This document shows positions 38,181 to 46,791 of a stretch of DNA of 64,000 nt, piece by piece (positions within the stretch are counted from its first letter, which is position 1; each line of letters opens with the position of its first letter). The notes beneath the pieces were generated by a model, which saw only the letters and a list, made by a program, of their open reading frames with translations, was not told where the DNA came from and did no database searches. Source of the DNA: Candidatus Marinacidobacterium sp. (lineage in GTDB: Bacteria > Acidobacteriota > Vicinamibacteria > Marinacidobacterales > Marinacidobacteraceae); contig OZ242011.1 of NCBI GenBank assembly GCA_965204755.1, forward strand, positions 1,216,001-1,280,000, in the 5' to 3' direction. The translations under genes were made by a program, and so were the position numbers.

Positions 38181-38900
38181 ATGGCCAAGCGATCCAAGAC
38201 CCAGGTCCTCCTGTTCGTCGTTTCCCTCCTTTCGGCGGGTTCGGCGTATGTCCTGTTCCGGCAGTTCGCCGAGAACGAAACGCGGCTCGCGGCCGTCCAC
38301 GCCGCCCGCCTGGAAACCCTCCGCGTCGCGGACGGGCTCCGGCAGACCTCGGACGACCTGACCCGTATGGCGCGGCTGTATTCCGTCACCGGCGACCCGC
38401 GCTACCGCGACTACTTCGAGGAGATCCTCGACATCCGGAGCGGCGACGCCCGCCGTCCGGTGGACTACTTCGGCGTCTATTGGGACTTCGTCCTCGACCG
38501 GGGGGAGCGCCCGCGCCCCTACGGGGAGCGGAAATCGCTGGACGCGCTGGCGCAGGAAGCCGGATTCGCCGACCTGGAGTTCGCGTTGCTGCGCGAGTCG
38601 GAGAGCAACTCCGATGTGCTGGCCGAACTCGAAGCCAGCGCCCTCGAATCGGAGACCCCGGAAGCGCTGGAGGAGGCCCGCGCCCTGCTCCACGGCCCCC
38701 GCTACCACCAGGAGAAGGCCCGCATCATGCGGCCGCTGAACGAGGTGATGGCCGCCGCGGAGAACCGCGCCGCGGAAGAGATCGCCGGCCTCGAAGCGCG
38801 CCGCGAGACGCTCGCCCTGCTCATCACCGTCGCGATCGCCCTCGGCGGTTTCTGCTCCCTCCTCGGCTTCGCCCGGAAGAATGTCTTCGTCGCGGCCTGA
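38181..38900 (+). CDS. Membrane-anchored extracytoplasmic sensor domain with no cytoplasmic output domain
   Basis: TM1, then LRQTSDDLTRMARLYSVTGDPRYRDYFEEILDIRSG...YWD...YHQEKARIMRP, then TM2 and a stop about 9 aa later. Confidence 0.7.
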   Translation: MAKRSKTQVLLFVVSLLSAGSAYVLFRQFAENETRLAAVHAARLETLRVADGLRQTSDDLTRMARLYSVTGDPRYRDYFEEILDIRSGDARRPVDYFGVYWDFVLDRGERPRPYGERKSLDALAQEAGFADLEFALLRESESNSDVLAELEASALESETPEALEEARALLHGPRYHQEKARIMRPLNEVMAAAENRAAEEIAGLEARRETLALLITVAIALGGFCSLLGFARKNVFVAA

Positions 38901-38919
38901 CCGGAAAGAAGGGGAAGTG

Positions 38920-39411
38920 ATGACGAACCGGCCCGGCGCCGCCCTCGCGCTCGCGGCGCTCCTCCCGCTCGGCGCCCTCCCGCTGGGCACCCTGTCGTCG
39001 GCGGGCGCCGCCGCTGTCGACGCCGACGACGACCCCTCCCGCGAAGCCGTGGTCGAAGGCCGCGCCGTCTGCCTTCGGGGCGAGGTCCCCGCGCCGCCCG
39101 CCGAGTGCTCCTACGGCGACCCCTTCGCCATCGAGTCCCCCGACGGGACGCTCCACCGCCTGAACCCCGACGACCCGCGCGTCGAGATCCTCACCGACGA
39201 CCGCGTGACCCGCCACCCCCTCCGCGTCACGCTCTGGAACGAAGACGGCCTCGGCAACATCCTCCACCTCCACACGATCCAGGACGGCGAGGAGATCGAG
39301 CCCTTCTACTTCTGTTTCACCTGCAACATCACCGCCCACATGCCCGGCCCCTGCTGGTGCTGCCAGCAGGAATTCGAGTTCCACGAACGCCCCGCCGAAC
39401 CCCGGCAGTAA
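38920..39411 (+). CDS. Secreted Cys-rich putative metal-binding protein
   Basis: Signal peptide; GRAVCL, C-terminal YFCFTCNITAHMPGPCWCCQQE. Confidence 0.65.
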   Translation: MTNRPGAALALAALLPLGALPLGTLSSAGAAAVDADDDPSREAVVEGRAVCLRGEVPAPPAECSYGDPFAIESPDGTLHRLNPDDPRVEILTDDRVTRHPLRVTLWNEDGLGNILHLHTIQDGEEIEPFYFCFTCNITAHMPGPCWCCQQEFEFHERPAEPRQ

Positions 39412-39484
39412 ACCCCCACCCGGCGGGGTAGAGCCCTGCTTCGGGGAGTCGCCGCGGCCAGAGCGCGGCCGAGGGAAAGCGGCT

Positions 39485-40495
39485 TTGCGACCACGCGGTT
39501 GCTCTACTCCCGCGGCTCCGCATGCCGCGGCCCGCGTCGAGAGCGCGTCGGACGCACGGGAACCGGCGGACGACATCGGAAGCGCGCGGCCGCCGCATCC
39601 GTTTCCCTACCAAGGGAGCAAGCGCGCCATCGCCGACCACATCCTCCTCTACCTGCCTGCCGGCGCCGGGCGATTGGTCGAGCCCTTCGCCGGGTCTGCG
39701 GCCGTGTCGCTCGCGGCGGCTGTCCGCCGGCGCGCGGGGCGATTCTGGCTGAACGACAGCAACGGGCCGCTCATGGCGCTGTGGGCCGAGATTCTGGAGC
39801 GCCCCGAGGCGCTGGCCCTGAACTACGCCCGGTTGTGGCGGGAGCAAAGTGCGGACCGGAAGGCGTTCTTCTTTCGTACCCGGGGGCAGTTCAACCGCAC
39901 CCGCGAGCCCCACCTCCTTCTCTACCTGCTGGCAAGAATCGTCAAGGGCGCCGTGCGCTACAACGCGGAAGGTCGCCTCAACCAGAGTCCGGACAATCGG
40001 CGCTTCGGGATGCACCCGGACACCATGCGCCGACAGTTGCTGCGGGTCTCCGAACTGATGGCGAATCGCACCGAGATCACGGCGATCGACTTCCGAGAGG
40101 TCGTGACGGATGCAACCGACGACGATGTGCTCTACTTGGATCCTCCCTATCAGGGCACTTCGCTCACCCGCGACCACCGGTACTCGGGCGGGCTGTCCTG
40201 CGCCGATCTCGTGGAGGCGCTGGAACTGATGAACGACGCCGGGCAGTCCTACATCGTCAGTTATGACGGGCGCACCGGTACGAAGTCACATGGTCGGCCA
40301 CTGCCCGATCGGTTGCGCTTGCGGCGGCTGTTCCTCCATGCGGGCAGATCGAGCCAGGCCACGCTGCTCGGCAGAATTCGCGAGACCGTCGAGTCCCTGT
40401 ACCTGTCGGAGTCCTTGATCGAGCGTCTGCGCGACTCGAAGCCTGCCGCCGATGGCGCGAGCGCGAAACCGATGAAGTTGCCTTTCGCCGGATGA
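39485..40495 (+). CDS. Dam-like (D12 class) DNA adenine methyltransferase, orphan
   Basis: PFPYQGSKR, LVEPFAGSAA, LYLDPPY; start uncertain. Confidence 0.9.
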   Translation: MRPRGCSTPAAPHAAARVESASDAREPADDIGSARPPHPFPYQGSKRAIADHILLYLPAGAGRLVEPFAGSAAVSLAAAVRRRAGRFWLNDSNGPLMALWAEILERPEALALNYARLWREQSADRKAFFFRTRGQFNRTREPHLLLYLLARIVKGAVRYNAEGRLNQSPDNRRFGMHPDTMRRQLLRVSELMANRTEITAIDFREVVTDATDDDVLYLDPPYQGTSLTRDHRYSGGLSCADLVEALELMNDAGQSYIVSYDGRTGTKSHGRPLPDRLRLRRLFLHAGRSSQATLLGRIRETVESLYLSESLIERLRDSKPAADGASAKPMKLPFAG

Positions 40496-40535
40496 GATCG
40501 CCGATGACCCGGTCCCACGCCCGACCGGCGCCGCG

Positions 40536-40961
40536 TCAGCGATCCGCCTCCCCCAAGAACGCCGCAACCCGGCGGGCCGTCCCCTCGGGATCGGCCAACT
40601 CACATTCCCACAGCGTGAGTACCCGCCACCCGTCCCCTCCGAGGCGCACGAGGTGCTCCCGGTCTCGCTCCCGAGTGCGGCGGAGTTTCGGGAGCCAGTA
40701 GGCCCGATTGGACTTCGGCAGTCCGGCGATCCGGCAGTTCGGGTCGGCGTGCCAGTGCCAGAAACACCCGTTCACGAAGATCACCGATCGAAGACGGGGG
40801 AGGACCAAATCCGGCTTCCCCGGAAGACTCTTCCGGTGAAGTCGAAAGCGGTACCCCATCCGGTGGACCAGCGACCGGACGACCATCTCCGGCGCCATCC
40901 CTTCCGACCGAATCCGCGACATGCACCGCGACCGATCCTCGCGGCTCAGGTTGTCGGTCAC
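40536..40961 (-). CDS. vsr: Very short patch repair endonuclease
   Basis: DNLSREDRSRCMSRIRS, PEMVVR, LPGKPDLV, FVNGCFWHWH, N..YWLPK, GWRVLTLWEC. Confidence 0.95.
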   Translation of the reverse strand: MTDNLSREDRSRCMSRIRSEGMAPEMVVRSLVHRMGYRFRLHRKSLPGKPDLVLPRLRSVIFVNGCFWHWHADPNCRIAGLPKSNRAYWLPKLRRTRERDREHLVRLGGDGWRVLTLWECELADPEGTARRVAAFLGEADR

Positions 40962-41071
40962 CTCCCCTTTCGCGCCACCCCTTCCAGCGCCGCCTCCGCT
41001 TCCTCCTCCAGCAGCCGGCGGAGGCGCGGTTCGGAGAGAGCATCGAGCAGGACGACGCCGCCCCGGCGATT
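40787..41071. repeat. 285-bp target-site duplication, left copy
   Basis: Identical on direct comparison to 42984-43268; ends exactly at the IS left inverted repeat. Confidence 0.95.
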
Positions 41072-42983
41072 CTCGACTTCGACGGTTTAGCCCGGTCTGA
41101 GACCGGGAAGTCCTTGGTGCCCTTGGGGCGGCAGCTTGGATCCGGTTTGTAGTGTGCCGTGGTATTTGGTGATGAGTAACTTACTGCTATCATTCCCGCG
41201 TGTTCGTCCGCAAGTTCCGCCGGAAGAACCGGCCCGGCGTCGGCGTCCAGATCGTCCGGTCCTTCCGCGACGCCCGCGGCCGGCCCCGGCAGGAACTGAT
41301 GGTCTCCATCGGCTCCGCCCCGGAAGGCCCGGCCCTCGACGCCCTGGTCGAAGTGGCCGAGAGGAAGGTGGCCGAACTCCGGCTGGCCCGTCGGCCCACC
41401 CTGTTCCCCACCGACCTGCTGCTGCGCCAGGCGCTGGAGGCCCGCCAGGACCGGCGGACGCGCCGGGCGCGGTTGTCGGAGGTGAGCCAACTGCAGGAGG
41501 AGGCCCGCCTGACCCTGGGGGTGCACGAGGTGTTCGGCGCGCTCTGGAGCGAGGCCGGACTGGACGGGGTGTGGGGTGCGGGGCACCCGGTGTCCGGTCG
41601 GGTGTTCCGGCATGCGGTGATGCTGCGGCTGGCGGAGCCGGGCCGGAGCAAGCGGGGCCACGCGCAGGACCCGCAGCGGAACTACGGGCTGGAGATCCCG
41701 GTGGAGAAGTTCTACCGGATGATGGACCGGCTGGACGGGGAGCGGATCGCGCGGCTCACCGCCCGGGTGGGGACGCAGGTTCGGCGGCTGCTGGGGGGCG
41801 AGGTGGAGGTGGTGTTCATGGATGTGACCACCCTTTCGTTCGCCTCGGAGCAGGAGGACGGGTTGCGGGCGAAGGGGTACAGCAAGGACCAGAAGCCGCA
41901 CCGGGTGCAGGTGGTGCTGGCGCTGTTGCAGACGCGGGAGGGTTTGCCGCTGGGGTATCGGGTGTTCCCGGGGAACACGGCGGAGGTGAAGACGCTGCTT
42001 CCGTTGGTGGGGGAGTTGCGGGAGCGGTACCGGATCGGCCGGGTGGTGGTGGTGGCGGACGCGGCGATGCTGGGGACGAAGAACCTGGAGGCGTTGACGG
42101 CGGCCGGTTTCGAGTGGGTGGTGGCGGCGAAGCTCCGCCAGTTGCGGGGGAAGGACCTGGCGGCGCTGGCGGAGCCGGAGTCTTGGGCGGCTTCGGGGGA
42201 GGCGGGGCAGCGGCTGCGGGAGCACCGGGCGGAGGAGGGGGCGCTGCGGGGGCTTCGGCTGGTGGTGCGTTACTGCCCGAAGAAGGCGGAGCGGGACGCG
42301 GGGCTCCGGGCGAAGGCGGTGAAGCAGGCGAAGAAGCGGGAGGCGTCGGGGGTGAAGGGGAAGGGGCGGGCCGCGCGCTACCTGCGGGTGCGGCGGGACG
42401 CGGTGCGGTTCGACCCGGATCTGGTGGAACGGGACGCGCGGTTCGACGGGCTCCACGGGGTGTTCACCAGCCTGGCGGACCCGCCGGCGGAGATCCGGGC
42501 GCACTACGGGGGGTTGTGGCGGATCGAGCAGGGGTTCCGGGTGCTGAAGGGCACGCTGGAAGTGCGCCCGGTGTTCCACTGGACGGAGCGGCGGGTGCGG
42601 GCGCACCTGGCGATCTGCTACGCCGCCTTCGCGCTGCTCCGGTTGCTGCGCTGGCGTTACGCCCGGGCCTACCCGGAGGCGCCGCTGAGCGAGGAGCGGC
42701 TACTGCGGGAACTGCTCCGGGTGGAGGTCTCCCACGGCTGCGACCGGGGCACGAACGAGTGGTTCTTCCTGCCCTCGAAGGCCACCCCGGAGGCGGAGCG
42801 GATCTACCGGCTGGTGGGCCTGCGACTGCCCCGGCGGGCCACGCCGGTTCCACCCCCGAGGCGACTCCGCGAAGTCGCCTGACCTCCGACACCCCACCGC
42901 CGGACTCCCCCCGGTTGTAGTGTGCCTACGAAACCAAATCCCCAACTGTCAACCACTTACAAAGCCAAACCGTCGAAGTCAAG
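41072..42983 (+). mobile_element. IS1634-family insertion sequence (1912 bp)
   Basis: 17-bp inverted repeats ctcgacttcgacggttt / aaaccgtcgaagtcaag (1 mismatch); single transposase; long flanking direct repeat. Confidence 0.92.
41200..42882 (+). CDS. IS1634-family DDE transposase
   Basis: VVFMDVTTLSF, GYSKDQKPHRVQVV, GLPLGYRVFPGNTAE, VVVADAAM, YGGLWRIEQGFRVLK..LEVRPVFHW...RVRAHLAIC. Confidence 0.92.
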   Translation: MFVRKFRRKNRPGVGVQIVRSFRDARGRPRQELMVSIGSAPEGPALDALVEVAERKVAELRLARRPTLFPTDLLLRQALEARQDRRTRRARLSEVSQLQEEARLTLGVHEVFGALWSEAGLDGVWGAGHPVSGRVFRHAVMLRLAEPGRSKRGHAQDPQRNYGLEIPVEKFYRMMDRLDGERIARLTARVGTQVRRLLGGEVEVVFMDVTTLSFASEQEDGLRAKGYSKDQKPHRVQVVLALLQTREGLPLGYRVFPGNTAEVKTLLPLVGELRERYRIGRVVVVADAAMLGTKNLEALTAAGFEWVVAAKLRQLRGKDLAALAEPESWAASGEAGQRLREHRAEEGALRGLRLVVRYCPKKAERDAGLRAKAVKQAKKREASGVKGKGRAARYLRVRRDAVRFDPDLVERDARFDGLHGVFTSLADPPAEIRAHYGGLWRIEQGFRVLKGTLEVRPVFHWTERRVRAHLAICYAAFALLRLLRWRYARAYPEAPLSEERLLRELLRVEVSHGCDRGTNEWFFLPSKATPEAERIYRLVGLRLPRRATPVPPPRRLREVA

Positions 42984-43158
42984 ATCGAAGACGGGGGAGG
43001 ACCAAATCCGGCTTCCCCGGAAGACTCTTCCGGTGAAGTCGAAAGCGGTACCCCATCCGGTGGACCAGCGACCGGACGACCATCTCCGGCGCCATCCCTT
43101 CCGACCGAATCCGCGACATGCACCGCGACCGATCCTCGCGGCTCAGGTTGTCGGTCAC
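42979..43158 (-). pseudogene. vsr: Truncated 5' copy of vsr created by the target duplication
   Basis: VTDNLSRED...LPRLRS followed by a stop inside the IS end. Confidence 0.85.
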
Positions 43159-43268
43159 CTCCCCTTTCGCGCCACCCCTTCCAGCGCCGCCTCCGCTTCC
43201 TCCTCCAGCAGCCGGCGGAGGCGCGGTTCGGAGAGAGCATCGAGCAGGACGACGCCGCCCCGGCGATT
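42984..43268. repeat. 285-bp target-site duplication, right copy
   Basis: Starts immediately after the IS right inverted repeat; identical to 40787-41071. Confidence 0.95.
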
Positions 43269-43928
43269 GACGCCGCGCATCCACGCCCGGAACACCTCAC
43301 GGTCGAACAAGGCCCGGTCGCCCTCGTCCTTCCAGTGCTCCTTCATCACTGCATAGATCCTCCGCAGGACCTTCACATTACGGGACACGAAGGGGCGCTC
43401 CAACAGCGACGACCGCACATCCTGACGATAGAGCACGATCTCCAGAAACTCCTCCGGCCGCTCGGGATCCACCTCCCGCGCGATCTTCCCGAGCCACCAG
43501 AGGCGGGAGATCCCGTTGTCCCGAATCAGCGCCCGCGCGCCGCGGGCGAAGAAGTGGTTCCTTACCTCCCGGACCGCCGCCTCCTTCTTCTTCGGCCGGC
43601 GCAGAAGCCACCTCGCCCGAACATAGTCCGCGCACTCCACATGGCACAGGTACGCCCAGAGCCGCTCTTCGGACGCCTCATGACGGCTCAGTTCTCAAAG
43701 GTGGTCATGCACGCGCAGCGCGTTGACCGGATCGTCTTGTCCCGGCTTCTCGGTCGCCGTAAGCCGAAGATCTGCGGTACGTCTCTCGACTCTCGCTCGT
43801 CGCGACTCCGGCCATGACAGGCCGCGCTTTCTTCCGTGGGAACCCGAGTAGTACCAGTCCAGCCGGTCCGGCACGCTCTCCCGCAACTCTACGAGGGATG
43901 CCTCCGTGAAGTAGCGGATCTCGTCCAT
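43155..43928 (-). pseudogene. DUF6339-like protein interrupted by one in-frame TGA (43695-43697)
   Basis: One continuous frame: MDEIRYFTE...DPVNALRVHDHL*ELSRHEASEERLWAYLCHVECADYVRARW...RDNGISRLWW; family assignment from motif memory. Confidence 0.7.
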
Positions 43929-44821
43929 TACGCCGATCGTCCGTCCTTCAGGAGGGGCAGCCCTCTGAACGGACCTTCCAAGACACGCTGCGCATCCATC
44001 AGACGGTCCGCGTTCTCGCAACCGATGGGTCGGCACACCGGCGACCGGGATTCCCCCAGTGCCTCGCTCGTGGGCCGTACTTTCTCCAACCGCGTGTTCA
44101 GTACGGAATACCACCGACAGGACCTGTACTCGTCGGGAGCGCTGTCGGCGATCGTCAACAGATGCACGAGTGCCGGGAGATACACGCCGTTCATGAGGTA
44201 CGAAGCCTCGGCCTTCGTGCGAACCCGCTCCCGAGCCTGCCGAAAGTCCTTGTAGTCGACGGGGTGCATCTGCACTTCCACACGGTCCCCGGTCGGCGCG
44301 CAGGACCAAAGACCACGCGTTTGTTCGGGGTGCGGAATGAGAATAAAGATCGAACCCATATGACTCTCGTCTGCCGTGTCGATCCAGTAGGCCTCCGGCG
44401 TGTCCATCGCGAGAACGGCTCCTTCTTCGATGTCGAAAGTGCGGCCATCGAAGTCCGAGTGCCAACGCCTGGCGCGAAACGCCCGAAGGGGTCTTCCGGC
44501 CACACAGAACGCCGTAACTTCGAGATCGCGCGCGATCGTTCCGTCGGGGAACTCCTCGACGATTCTCGGCTCGAACGAATACGCCAAGGTGCGCAGACTG
44601 GTGAGCGGGCAGTGGATCAGGAGGGCGTAGCGCGCGCTCCGCTTCTCTACGAGCGCTACCAGGTCGGGGTCGCTCAACCGGTAGTCGGCGGTAACTCGGA
44701 GCGCCACCGTGCCCTCGATCCGCTCGACCTCGACATCCACCTCGAATTCGACTTTCTCGTAGTCCGAACTACGCGGACGGAGCACCGGATGCGGGAACGC
44801 CTTGGCTTCGTCGAACTTCAC
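43928..44821 (-). CDS. Hypothetical protein of the dcm-GHKL operon
   Basis: 297-aa ORF MKFDEAKAFPHPVLRP..DY; overlapping start/stop with both neighbours. Confidence 0.8.
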   Translation of the reverse strand: MKFDEAKAFPHPVLRPRSSDYEKVEFEVDVEVERIEGTVALRVTADYRLSDPDLVALVEKRSARYALLIHCPLTSLRTLAYSFEPRIVEEFPDGTIARDLEVTAFCVAGRPLRAFRARRWHSDFDGRTFDIEEGAVLAMDTPEAYWIDTADESHMGSIFILIPHPEQTRGLWSCAPTGDRVEVQMHPVDYKDFRQARERVRTKAEASYLMNGVYLPALVHLLTIADSAPDEYRSCRWYSVLNTRLEKVRPTSEALGESRSPVCRPIGCENADRLMDAQRVLEGPFRGLPLLKDGRSA

Positions 44822-46791
44822 GACTTACTCCCGGAACTCGCAATCAGGCGAAGCGCGGCGCCGGTGAGAGCCTCCGGACTTCTCACATGCAAAGAGCGCC
44901 GGCGATTCTCCTTCAGTGACAAGCCCGTCGTGACCTCTCGCCCGTTGTCGGCGATGAACCGAACTCCGGGAATCGCCCGCGCCGCCGTGTCCCCGGCCTC
45001 TTCGAGTGCGAGGCGTGCGCGGCCGCTCGCTCCGGGCGTGAACCAGACCCGGAACTGCCGGCCGCTCGCGTCCTCGGCAAGGATCCGAACATCGTAGAGT
45101 CTGACGGCTGCGCCGCCGAGCGGGCCGTCCCTCGGCCCCGTGCCTCCGCGCCCCGGCCCGTCACCCGGCCCACCCCCGGGGCCCTGACCTCCTCCGCCCT
45201 CGCCGACGGGTGCGCCGCCACCGTGTCCGGCTTCGTCACCGTCGCCGGCCTCGTTGTCCTCGTCTGCGTCGCTTTCGAGCCCACTCGGCTGAACGCGGCG
45301 CTTCGGAGCCTTGCGCAGCACCACTCCCGTAACACCGAACTGTTTCTCGAGGTGTTCGCCTCCTTGTCCACCATCCAGCGGCCCAGGGCCGTCGAGCGGC
45401 AGGAACCGAGCCAGTTCGTCCAACTCCTCGGAAACACTCGACGGCGCCGGCGCGGCCACCTCGTCGAGCCGCTTCCGGATCCAGCCGGTCAGGCCACGGA
45501 GCGTGTCGCGGCCCTGTTTCCGGCGGTCCGGCGGGAGACGGTCCGGCTCGAATCGATCATGCGCCGGGTTCTCCATCTGCCGCAGGAGTTCGTTGGCTTC
45601 GGGAGTCTCGAAGACACAGACTGCAGCGAAATCGCGCAACGACGGAAAACGCATCAGGCCGGGCTGGTTGTCGGTCACCAGCATCCCCGTCCCTCGAATC
45701 AGGGCCACTTTGCCGGGTAGTTCTTCTCCGGGGCGCTCGTCCTCAGTCTCCACCCACAACTTCACCTTCCCCAGTCCCGGCAGGTCCTCTTCGAAGCGCG
45801 GCTTCGCGCCATCTCGAGTCATCCTCCAGTAGGTGTAAGCGTCCCGGGAGCCGTCCGCGGCGCCGTCGTCCTCTTCGAACAGACCGGCGAAGACCGTCTC
45901 CAGGGTCTCGTTACGGAGATCGGCATATTCGCCGCCCGCTTCACGGGACTCATCCGGCTCCAGCACGACATCCAGTCGGCGGCGCTCGATCGCGTAGAAG
46001 TAGTTCCGGAGGACACTTCGCGCGACTCCTCGCTGCCAAGCCTCCTCCGTCCTGAACCCGGCGATCCACACCGCTGTCCCGCCGATCGGCGTTCCCTCGT
46101 TCCCACGCATGCGGAACACTCGGGGAATCCTCCGGTTCCGCAACTCGCGGCAGCGGTCCGTGAGACCGAAGAAGCCCGAGCCGTGCGTCTCTTCAGCGCC
46201 TCCGTTCTCCTGCCAGTCGTGAGACATCAGGATCGCCTTCGCCTGGAACTTTTCGACGAGTTCACCGTCCTCGTCGAGACAGGTCCAGTAGCCGACGGTG
46301 CGAAGCGGCGACACCGCGAACGGCGCGTTCTTGCCGATTCCGTACGACCCGCCGGAAGTCGTGTCCTTCTTGGCGCTGTCCCCCTGCCTCTTCACGAGCG
46401 CCTTCCACTCCGCGTCCGGCAATCCCGTAGTGTTGCGATCCGAAATGCAGAGGAACGGAACGACTCGGCGCTCGAGCAACTTCGCAGCCTCCGCAAAGAA
46501 ATCGGCCGCCTTTGTCCGATCATCAGAGACACAGACGCGGTGACAGGCCTCGATGTGCCGGCGCAGTTGATCGCCGTCGAGATGTTTGCGGATGTCGATA
46601 TCGCGCAGTTCGAAGGTCATCTCCACGGTTTTTCCGTCGAGACCGGCGTCCAACGAATTCTGGATCACCTCCCGCGCCAGACTCCCGAGCAAATCGCCCT
46701 GGAAGTGGGCCATCCCGGCGTGTTCGAACCCCTGCCCCTCGCCTCCATCGAGAAGCGGGAACTTCCAGCCGATGCCGCCTCCGAGATTCAT
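44818..46791 (-). CDS. GHKL (MutL/Hsp90/MORC-like) ATPase-domain protein
   Basis: N-box LAREVIQNSLDA, G1 ISDRNTTGL, G2 GGSYGIGK, G3 GGTAVWI; acidic/Gly-rich linker; ATG 46791 overlaps the dcm stop. Confidence 0.75.
   Translation of the reverse strand: MNLGGGIGWKFPLLDGGEGQGFEHAGMAHFQGDLLGSLAREVIQNSLDAGLDGKTVEMTFELRDIDIRKHLDGDQLRRHIEACHRVCVSDDRTKAADFFAEAAKLLERRVVPFLCISDRNTTGLPDAEWKALVKRQGDSAKKDTTSGGSYGIGKNAPFAVSPLRTVGYWTCLDEDGELVEKFQAKAILMSHDWQENGGAEETHGSGFFGLTDRCRELRNRRIPRVFRMRGNEGTPIGGTAVWIAGFRTEEAWQRGVARSVLRNYFYAIERRRLDVVLEPDESREAGGEYADLRNETLETVFAGLFEEDDGAADGSRDAYTYWRMTRDGAKPRFEEDLPGLGKVKLWVETEDERPGEELPGKVALIRGTGMLVTDNQPGLMRFPSLRDFAAVCVFETPEANELLRQMENPAHDRFEPDRLPPDRRKQGRDTLRGLTGWIRKRLDEVAAPAPSSVSEELDELARFLPLDGPGPLDGGQGGEHLEKQFGVTGVVLRKAPKRRVQPSGLESDADEDNEAGDGDEAGHGGGAPVGEGGGGQGPGGGPGDGPGRGGTGPRDGPLGGAAVRLYDVRILAEDASGRQFRVWFTPGASGRARLALEEAGDTAARAIPGVRFIADNGREVTTGLSLKENRRRSLHVRSPEALTGAALRLIASSGSKS

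Noticed and set aside
39300-39370. c-type heme-binding motif in the Cys-rich protein, given the nearby ccm genes
   Set aside because: The sequence is CFTCN, not CxxCH.
40787-43268. 285-bp repeat as an assembly artefact or composite-transposon arms
   Set aside because: The repeats abut the inverted repeats exactly and consist of host gene sequence, matching known IS1634-family behaviour; long reads are still needed for proof.
42979-43284. Second vsr gene
   Set aside because: Only the 5' ~58 codons, produced by the IS target duplication and ending in the IS end.
43695-43697. In-frame TGA as selenocysteine or programmed readthrough
   Set aside because: Not in a redox or Cys-type motif and no convincing SECIS-like hairpin seen; nonsense mutation or sequencing error is simpler.
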